DNA from: a virus
Taxonomy: Duplodnaviria; Caudoviricetes
IMG/VR virus record: IMGVR_UViG_3300025502_000082
Span: 1-34,796 of that record
Length of the DNA stretch: 34,796 bases
Reading direction: 5' to 3' (one strand)
In this document: positions 17,924 to 24,225 of the stretch, one piece after another
How positions within the stretch are numbered: the first letter of the stretch is position 1
Layout: the number at the start of each line of letters is the position of its first letter
The notes under the pieces: generated by a model
Database searches by the model: none
What the model saw: the letters and a program-made list of their open reading frames with translations, nothing else
Told to the model about the DNA's origin: nothing
Position numbers and translations under genes: made by a program

Positions 17924-19084
17924 TCACTCGCCTCCCGCGCTGGTGGCGCTGTCGGGGGCTGCTGGTAGCGGCATCCAGTGGGTATACGGAGCAACGGCAG
18001 ACGGCCCCGTAACCGACACGTCATCTCCGCACATTCTGTAACCGCCTAACTCCATGAAGTGCTGGTAGTTGTCCTCGTGCCCGACCCAGACTCCATCTTC
18101 AATGAAGTCAAAATCAGTCCCGCCTTCTTCGCCGAGGGGGTGAACCAGAACGAGGTCATTGTCGGCTGGCAGTCTATCTTTCACGGAAACCCACCCAGCC
18201 GCCGCAAGCTGGGCCTCAAGCTCTGATATGCGGTGCTCCATTACAAGCATGGAGTCGTCCTTTGCGGCATCCTGCTCCAGAAGCTCTGCTATGCGCTCAC
18301 GCAGTGCGTCAATTTCACCGTCCAGCACATTCAGGTTCTCCCACCGGTCGCTGAGCGAAGCCTCAAGCTCGGCTATGCGATCTGCGGCGTCCAGTAAAAT
18401 TCTACTACCATTCGCGTACTGCGCGCTGATTGGGTGCGCTTCCCGCAACCTATTCACTATATCGTCCATCACTCTCTCCTGTTGGGTGGCGCTGTTGGGA
18501 GCTGCGGGTAGCAGCATCCATCGGTAAGGCGCACCATGTACCATGACGCAGCTCATATCGCCCCAGTTGTCGATTAGCTCGTACCACCCTTCTGGCCACC
18601 AGTGCCGATCGGTTACTTTGTCATAAACGGCATCCCCGTCGTATGGCTGATCGTCTACGTCACGGGTTGCCTCCGGTACGAATTCCGCTCGAATAGTGAG
18701 CCAAAAACCATATTCTGTTTTGTAGTGGAGCAGCACAGCTTTTTGGGGCGGTGCAGTCTCAATCGGCTGCCAGTCTTCGCGCTGGGCATTCAGCCCGTCA
18801 ATTCGCCGCAGCGCAGCGTCAAGCTCGTTCTGGAGCCATGCTCGCTGGCCTTCTTTGTCTGCAAGCTCGGCCTCAAGCCGCTGTGCATACGCAGAAAGCC
18901 ACTCGCAGTCGCATGCTTCAACCTGGGCTTCCAGCTGGGCCTCAAGCTCTGCTACTACTGCATCAACAATCTCGGCATCGTAGGCCATGACGAACCCCTG
19001 TTCAGGCTCGAACAGGTTTGGGCTGTTATCGTTGTTATGCCTGAATTGTCGAATTGCAGGCCATAGCTTTTCATTTGTCATCAC
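17924..19084 (-). CDS. Ea22-like coiled-coil/DUF551 protein; in-frame fusion of two modules
   Basis: WQPIETAP...WMLLPAAP and WVSVKDRLP...THWMPLPAAP; internal AGGAG-ATG at 18469. Confidence 0.8.
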   Translation of the reverse strand: MMTNEKLWPAIRQFRHNNDNSPNLFEPEQGFVMAYDAEIVDAVVAELEAQLEAQVEACDCEWLSAYAQRLEAELADKEGQRAWLQNELDAALRRIDGLNAQREDWQPIETAPPQKAVLLHYKTEYGFWLTIRAEFVPEATRDVDDQPYDGDAVYDKVTDRHWWPEGWYELIDNWGDMSCVMVHGAPYRWMLLPAAPNSATQQERVMDDIVNRLREAHPISAQYANGSRILLDAADRIAELEASLSDRWENLNVLDGEIDALRERIAELLEQDAAKDDSMLVMEHRISELEAQLAAAGWVSVKDRLPADNDLVLVHPLGEEGGTDFDFIEDGVWVGHEDNYQHFMELGGYRMCGDDVSVTGPSAVAPYTHWMPLPAAPDSATSAGGE

Positions 19085-19098
19085 TCTATCCTGTTAGG

Positions 19099-19244
19099 TG
19101 GCGGGGCAGGTGCTGATCTCCTGCATGTCATTAACACTGGTTTCAGGCAACCCATATGGGCCAGTCACCTCGTAGAGGGTCACACCTTCGAGCCAAAGCC
19201 CTATCCAGTAAGTCCAGCGCGTATCAGCCTACGCATTCCCGCCA
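19099..19244 (-). ncRNA. tRNA-like structured RNA with complementary loops (family not assigned)
   Basis: 7-bp closing stem TGGCGGG/CCCGCCA; hairpins GCGTA-GGCTGA-TACGC and GCAGG-AGATCAGCA-CCTGC; intergenic. Confidence 0.7.
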
Positions 19245-19305
19245 TAAACTTTAGGTAGCGCACAAGGCACGGCTTTGTCGGTATCCTCACCCTGCGCGCT
19301 GTAAA

Positions 19306-19683
19306 TCAAACCACAGAGCCTTTGCAGTAAGGGGCGAACGGGATGTCATCGTCCACAAGCCCACCGCCTGCTGGCATTTCCTGAGTGCGCTGCTGGCTTT
19401 GCTGCTGCCCACCTTGCTGATTCTGGTCGCGGTCAAACACGGAACACATAACAGCCTTGCCTGTGCGCGCCTTCTCGTTGCCCGCCTTCTTTTGCTCAAC
19501 TGCCAGCATGTCTGCCAGCATGTTCTGTTTTTGCAGCACGCCAGACAGGTTGATAGTCGGGTCAAGCAGGATGTACTCGCCGTTATCATTGGACATAAGT
19601 ACGCCAACCTTCGTCCACTCTGATTTCTTCTCGCCTTCCCGGTTTGTGTATTCGCCGGTCTTTGCCACTATGTCTTTGCTCAT
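19306..19683 (-). CDS. Putative single-stranded DNA-binding protein
   Basis: GEYTNREGEKK..W..VG, Q-rich linker, DDDIPF near the C-terminus; follows exonuclease and annealase. Confidence 0.75.
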   Translation of the reverse strand: MSKDIVAKTGEYTNREGEKKSEWTKVGVLMSNDNGEYILLDPTINLSGVLQKQNMLADMLAVEQKKAGNEKARTGKAVMCSVFDRDQNQQGGQQQSQQRTQEMPAGGGLVDDDIPFAPYCKGSVV

Positions 19684-21239
19684 GCTGCTATCTCCGAAAG
19701 ATCCATTTCTAAAATCCACTGCCGTACAGTTTGCGCGCTGACACCGTAGTGCTCACAAAGGGTGGCGACTATCTGCCGTGTAGTGGGCGGGAATGGTGGT
19801 GCCTTGGTTCTTGTCTGCGCCGACTGGACGATGGCGGCGGCCTGCTTTGGCTGCTCCGCTTCCACAGTCTCCCGCTGCGCCGAAACCTTGTGCGCGGCTG
19901 CTTCAGCCTTGGCCTTTTCCTCAACACGAATTCGATCGCGCTCCGCTTCCAGCCTGGCTTCCTCTGCCGCCTTGTGCGCGCTGATACGGCTGCTGATAGT
20001 CAGTTGCAGGTGATCGTTCTCTGCCATGACAAGCTGTTGGGAATCAGCAAACAGCGACTCATAACCAGCGGCATCGGCGCGGAGTGTTTCAAGGTTCAGC
20101 CGGATACGATCTGCAACCTCATTGAAAGCAATCTTGGCGCGTGCCAGCTCGGTATCAACGGCATCATGCAGGCTGCTAATCGTGCGCTTGTTCTTCATCG
20201 CACCGGCAAAGTCTGCCTTTACCATGCCTTCAGGGACGCGCACCTTGCCCAGTGACGTGTTGATCTGCTGGGCGTGAGCATCAAACAACCCTTTAGCTTT
20301 GGCGAGGATTTCAACGCGGATTGATTCTTTACGGGCCTTAACCATCTTGTCCAGCTCAAGGCGCTTGGCTCTGGCTTGCGCTTTGATTTCGTCAATGGCG
20401 CGGAACAGATCGTCAATGCTCGCTGTCTGCGCCAATGCCTGCTCTTTGGCTAGATCAAGTTTGTCCTCTACTGACTGGCACCACTTAACCGTTTTGTCGG
20501 CATCGGCAAAGTCTTGATCTGTTTGCAGGTTAGTGCTGATACCGTCAAACACTGCAAGGGCGTGTGTCTTGAATGCCGCCAGGTTGGACGCAGTGACTTC
20601 GCCGCGCACTTGTATCTGCAATGATGGAAGCGAATCAGGCGCAACACCAGAGGCTTGGGGAGCGTGTTCAACGTGCTCGTAGTTTGCCAAGTCCTTATCA
20701 AACTGACGCCAGCCTGCAATCAACTGCGCCCTACGTTCTGGCTGTGACTCATACCAGCAATGCGTTTCTTTCTCGCCGGCCGACACCATAAAAAGCACTT
20801 TCTCTGCGCCAGACACAAGCAACTGGTGCTCAAGTTGGGGCCAGTGGCTATCGGGCAAATCGGCGGCATCAACCAGTTTAGCCAGGCTGTCGCTCCAAAG
20901 TTTGTGCTCCCATAGAATTTCACCCAGCATGGTTGCCCCGTCAAAGGAAGCCAGAAGCCAGCCTTCATCATCAACGCCAGTACAGGGAAACAGATCCTCC
21001 CCAATGATTTCCTCTGCCGCTGGACGCGCCGCCGCCTCGGCAGCATGGCCCTTATCAAAAAGATACTGCTTTGCGGAATCAACATCCTCAACAATGCCGA
21101 GCGCCTTTTGCTTGAGCAGATCATTTCGGCTCATGTAGGGGCTAAACCCAAGCATGGCGGCGGCTTCGCTTGCCGTGTGGTATTTAGCGCGAGCGTCAAG
21201 CCACTCTTGGCTTCCCTGTACAACATTCAGTGTTTTCAT
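19680..21239 (-). CDS. YqaJ/lambda-exonuclease-family protein with long coiled-coil C-terminus
   Basis: QGSQEWL..R....TASEA, GH..E..AR, ASFDG, WEHK, QLEHQLLV. Confidence 0.92.
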   Translation of the reverse strand: MKTLNVVQGSQEWLDARAKYHTASEAAAMLGFSPYMSRNDLLKQKALGIVEDVDSAKQYLFDKGHAAEAAARPAAEEIIGEDLFPCTGVDDEGWLLASFDGATMLGEILWEHKLWSDSLAKLVDAADLPDSHWPQLEHQLLVSGAEKVLFMVSAGEKETHCWYESQPERRAQLIAGWRQFDKDLANYEHVEHAPQASGVAPDSLPSLQIQVRGEVTASNLAAFKTHALAVFDGISTNLQTDQDFADADKTVKWCQSVEDKLDLAKEQALAQTASIDDLFRAIDEIKAQARAKRLELDKMVKARKESIRVEILAKAKGLFDAHAQQINTSLGKVRVPEGMVKADFAGAMKNKRTISSLHDAVDTELARAKIAFNEVADRIRLNLETLRADAAGYESLFADSQQLVMAENDHLQLTISSRISAHKAAEEARLEAERDRIRVEEKAKAEAAAHKVSAQRETVEAEQPKQAAAIVQSAQTRTKAPPFPPTTRQIVATLCEHYGVSAQTVRQWILEMDLSEIAA

Positions 21240-21982
21240 TCGGCGTCCCCTTCAATCGGCGCGCAGTTATTGATAGCAGTTTTTTGGGCGTCAGTAAGAG
21301 GAGCGCGTGACTCCGCCCTGACAATCACCTCGGCTGGGGCGATCTTTCCTTGCTCAATGCCTGCCCGCCATTTCGGCAAGTTGGCTTTGAACATTTCTTC
21401 TTCGTAGAACTCGGGTTCAGCAGTTGATTGCGCGGCAACCTCGCGCTCCACCGGCATATCCTCAGCTTCCTCCCTAATCACAAGCCCAGCAAGCGCGTCT
21501 GCGAACTGACTGCGAACAGCGAAGCCTCTGGCGCGCATCTGTAGCATCCGTTTCGGGTACTGAGTCCACGGCCCGGCTTTCCCCCACAGCTTTGCAGTAG
21601 CCGCATCAGCTTGGCTGAACGTCTGCGTGTGCTTTTCGCCGTCCTTACGCCATACAGTGCAGGTAGCAACATTACCGGACTCGTTGAATGTCTCATTAAT
21701 GCCGCCGAACGCGGGATGGTTCTGCACCAGCGCCAGCAGCGCATCACCGTAGATGGACGGACGCCCGTTGATTACCGCAATGTTCTGCAATGCCTGGATG
21801 GGGTTAAGCCCAATCTCGCTGCCCATCATCATTGCCACCAAGGTGTCCTCTGGCTTGCCCTTGTAGCAGGTTGGCACCATGCCGCTGCGTGACAGCATAG
21901 CGGCCATATCCATCGCTTCTTTCATGTTCTGAGGCTGGAGTGCAAACCCCCCGCCTTGCTTGAGTGCTATTTGATTTGTCAT
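21236..21982 (-). CDS. RecT/Red-beta-like ssDNA annealing protein
   Basis: G.EIGL.PIQALQNIAVINGRPS, A.LWGK.GPWTQYPKRML..RA..FA.R..FAD.L.G. Confidence 0.88.
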   Translation of the reverse strand: MTNQIALKQGGGFALQPQNMKEAMDMAAMLSRSGMVPTCYKGKPEDTLVAMMMGSEIGLNPIQALQNIAVINGRPSIYGDALLALVQNHPAFGGINETFNESGNVATCTVWRKDGEKHTQTFSQADAATAKLWGKAGPWTQYPKRMLQMRARGFAVRSQFADALAGLVIREEAEDMPVEREVAAQSTAEPEFYEEEMFKANLPKWRAGIEQGKIAPAEVIVRAESRAPLTDAQKTAINNCAPIEGDAE

Positions 21983-22284
21983 CGTGCGTCCCTCGCCTTA
22001 CTAAAACCGTCACCCATCACCCTGGCCTGCTCTTGATCCGCAAATGCTCGCAAGTCGGCCTGCCTGTCATACACGTTCAATCGTGGTTCTTCGTGGCCCA
22101 GCGCCGCTTTCATAGCTTCTTCTGCGGCCTGAACATCGTTAAGCCCAAAGCGTTCGATCTTCACGTTCTTAAACTTCGCGTATCCAAGCCCGTCAATCTG
22201 GCCGCAGCCGTCACCGCATTCTCTGAAGTCGATAGCCTTCAAAGGCACTTCCAGTGTTATCGTTACCCATTGCTCTTTCATCAC
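21979..22284 (-). CDS. Hypothetical protein
   Basis: GGAG RBS; stop/start overlaps with neighbours. Confidence 0.7.
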   Translation of the reverse strand: MMKEQWVTITLEVPLKAIDFRECGDGCGQIDGLGYAKFKNVKIERFGLNDVQAAEEAMKAALGHEEPRLNVYDRQADLRAFADQEQARVMGDGFSKARDAR

Positions 22285-22541
22285 AGTCTCCTATTGGCCG
22301 TCTGGTAATCGAACTCAGCCCGATCCAGCGAGTTGTAGTAGCTGTCGCTGGCCTTGGAATCTTCCGCGTCACGCTTCAGCTCTTTCTCAATTTGCCAGCG
22401 CAGGCTGTCAATCTGTCCGTCTGTTAGCTCATGAGTGCAGTCGATGCCGTTCTTTGCTACGCCGTGGATAATCACGCCGAACTTTTCTAAATCCCATGAG
22501 ACTTGGTGTGTGCTCTCTACGTCCAATTCAGATATGTTCAC
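22281..22541 (-). CDS. Hypothetical protein
   Basis: Coupled within the leftward operon. Confidence 0.7.
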   Translation of the reverse strand: MNISELDVESTHQVSWDLEKFGVIIHGVAKNGIDCTHELTDGQIDSLRWQIEKELKRDAEDSKASDSYYNSLDRAEFDYQTANRRL

Positions 22542-22684
22542 AGCGCACCCCCAAGCCAGAAGTAGACAGTGATACCGCCCCAGGCGAATCCGATAGCGCA
22601 GACTGCAAAGCCTTTCCAGAACTCCACAGCGGGGCTTTGGTACGCTGGGCGGCGATCAGGGAACATGTACTTAACGTCATTCAT
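22538..22684 (-). CDS. 48-aa membrane peptide (MNDVKYMFPD...FWLGGAL)
   Basis: Read manually; 4-nt overlaps at both ends; C-terminal TM helix. Confidence 0.65.
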   Translation of the reverse strand: MNDVKYMFPDRRPAYQSPAVEFWKGFAVCAIGFAWGGITVYFWLGGAL

Positions 22685-22761
22685 GCGAATATCCCCACTA
22701 AGCTAATGAGCAGTGCCAGCCCGAAGGCCACGCCGATGATTATGTTTGCTAGTGAAATCAT
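22681..22761 (-). CDS. 26-aa hydrophobic peptide MISLANIIIGVAFGLALLISLVGIFA
   Basis: GGGAG RBS; first ORF after the leftward promoter. Confidence 0.6.
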   Translation of the reverse strand: MISLANIIIGVAFGLALLISLVGIFA

Positions 22762-22798
22762 GTTTTTTCTCCCGGCCCGTTGTTGTGGGCATGTAAGT

Positions 22799-22827
22799 AG
22801 ATTAGACCTGCAAGCAAACAGTGTCAA
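22799..22827 (-). promoter_or_regulatory. Leftward early sigma70 promoter (pL-like)
   Basis: TTGACA-17 nt-TAATCT. Confidence 0.75.
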
Positions 22828-22914
22828 GCCGTAGAATGATAAATAAAAATAGTTATTTAAACGTGTAGCATAATGATACATGTACATAGAAGCGCATAGA
22901 CACTGGCAAATAGT

Positions 22915-22943
22915 TTGCAAAAGGCGTTGACGGCAGCTATTAT
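22915..22943 (+). promoter_or_regulatory. Rightward early sigma70 promoter (pR-like)
   Basis: TTGCAA-17 nt-TATTAT; a second TTGACG at 22927. Confidence 0.6.
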
Positions 22944-22951
22944 ATTGATAA

Positions 22952-22964
22952 TGATGCGGTATCA
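22952..22964. promoter_or_regulatory. Candidate operator palindrome
   Basis: TGATGCGGTATCA, an imperfect palindrome between pR and the RBS of the Cro-like gene. Confidence 0.4.
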
Positions 22965-22980
22965 CTTAAAGGATAAACAT

Positions 22981-23157
22981 ATGTTAGATCGAGTAAGACG
23001 GATGCTAAACGAGCGCAAGGGGCAGTGGCGATTGATAGCCAAGCAATGCGATGTTAGCTATTCATGGCTGACCAAGCTTGCCCAGGGCGTAAACCAGAAT
23101 CCGACCATCAATAAGCTTGAGCGTCTGGATTCATACTTACGGGACACAGCGATATGA
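22981..23157 (+). CDS. Cro-like XRE HTH regulator
   Basis: W..IA.QCDVSYSWL.KLA.G...NPTI.KLE.L; AAGGA RBS. Confidence 0.85.
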   Translation: MLDRVRRMLNERKGQWRLIAKQCDVSYSWLTKLAQGVNQNPTINKLERLDSYLRDTAI

Positions 23158-23366
23158 GCCAAAAAGACAGAATACTCGCACACCTCAAGGCAGGCCGATC
23201 TATCACGCCAATCATGGCGCTGACTAAGTTTGGATGCTTTAGGCTTGCGGCGCGGATAGATGAAATACGACACCAAGGCTTTGATGTGGTTACTTCAATG
23301 GTGGCCGATGGTGATCGCAGGTATGCCAAGTACAAGCTGATTAGTGGAGCAAAGCCTAATGCGTAG
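23154..23366 (+). CDS. Winged-helix protein (HTH_39-like)
   Basis: SQ..RIL.HL..G.SIT...A...FGCFRLAARI.E.R..G. Confidence 0.85.
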   Translation: MSQKDRILAHLKAGRSITPIMALTKFGCFRLAARIDEIRHQGFDVVTSMVADGDRRYAKYKLISGAKPNA

Positions 23367-23368
23367 AC

Positions 23369-23452
23369 AAAAAAAAGCCCCTTCCGTTGCCGGTTGGGGC
23401 TTGCCTCTGGGCGAGGGCTTTAGTAGTCTTGCTGTGCGAGCAACAAGAACAG
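23369..23452 (-). ncRNA. Short antisense RNA (oop-like position)
   Basis: Minus-strand promoter TTGCGG(23486-81)-17-TAATAT(23463-58); terminator AAGCCCC..CCG-GCAA-CGG..GGGGCTT plus T-tract. Confidence 0.6.
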
Positions 23453-23750
23453 GAAGTATATTAGCGAAAGCTAACACCATCCGCAACCCTCCTGTTCTTA
23501 TTGCCGCCCAGTCGGGCCTGGCGAAATCGTGCTGTCTCATTGTGCAGCCGCCCTCGAAAGCAAGTAACTGCAATCCGACCTTTAAGGGACGGGATAAACA
23601 GCGTAATTGTGACCTAAGTGTTAGGGTGAGGTTTTGGCAGCCTGAATATAACTGTTTGCTGATTACTGGATTGCACGGGACATTGGATAAAGCCAGTAGG
23701 CTGACAGGGGTCACAAACAGTCCCTATATGTCACCTATTGTCTGAATAAA
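23370..23750 (+). ncRNA. Structured non-coding element upstream of mini-initiator (candidate origin/primer RNA)
   Basis: Multiple long complementary segments (see findings); no credible ORF. Confidence 0.5.
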
Positions 23751-23758
23751 GGGGATTT

Positions 23759-24043
23759 ATGGCAGAGCTAAAGCTAGTCCAGCAGCAAATAATAGGACTG
23801 AACCAAGACGCTGTAGACGAATGGTCAGAGTACAGGCAGGAAAAGAAAAAGCCGCTATCTGCTCTGGCTATGAAGAAGGTAATTAAGTTTTTACTAAAGT
23901 ACGATGAAGGGCATCAGCAGGCGCTAGTCGATGCGGCAATCATGAACGACTGGCAAGGCTTGCATGATATAGAGATAAAAAAGCAAACTAGCAGGGAATC
24001 CACTCTGCACGATGATCTAAACGATACTTCATGGGCGAGGTAG
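23759..24043 (+). CDS. Stand-alone C-terminal domain of a phage replication initiator
   Basis: EW.EYR...KKPLS....K.......Q..LVD.AI.N.WQGL and terminal D.SW; GGGGA RBS. Confidence 0.7.
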   Translation: MAELKLVQQQIIGLNQDAVDEWSEYRQEKKKPLSALAMKKVIKFLLKYDEGHQQALVDAAIMNDWQGLHDIEIKKQTSRESTLHDDLNDTSWAR

Positions 24044-24045
24044 TT

Positions 24046-24225
24046 ATGCGAACAAATCACGAAAGAGGCGAGGCTAGATACAACGCGAGACTGACCACAG
24101 AAAAGGTTATTGAGATCCGCGAGAACAGGTATGGGTGGTCAGCTAAGCGCCAGGCAGAGCACTACGGCGTACATCACAACACTATCCACAGGGTTAGGCA
24201 CTTTGAAGCATGGAGCCATGTATGA
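24046..24225 (+). CDS. Small HTH protein (HNH-endonuclease C-terminal-type DNA-binding domain)
   Basis: RGE....ARLT.EKV.EIR......A..YGV...TI..V....W.HV. Confidence 0.75.
   Translation: MRTNHERGEARYNARLTTEKVIEIRENRYGWSAKRQAEHYGVHHNTIHRVRHFEAWSHV

Noticed and set aside
19200-19215. Pairing of the tRNA-like RNA (CTTACTGG) with CCAGTAGG near 23693
   Set aside because: Only 8 nt including a wobble; expected by chance
19099-19244. Canonical tRNA, tmRNA or C4 antisense RNA
   Set aside because: No TTCRA T-loop, anticodon arm or tag ORF; does not match the C4/P4 CI pattern as I recall it; family left open
23344-23745. 133-aa + strand ORF (and 139-aa - strand ORF) over the origin-like region
   Set aside because: No RBS or recognisable motif, atypical composition; the region is better explained by base-pairing, promoter and terminator signals
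24046-24225. Mobile HNH homing endonuclease
   Set aside because: Only the C-terminal HTH-type domain is present; no HNH catalytic motif
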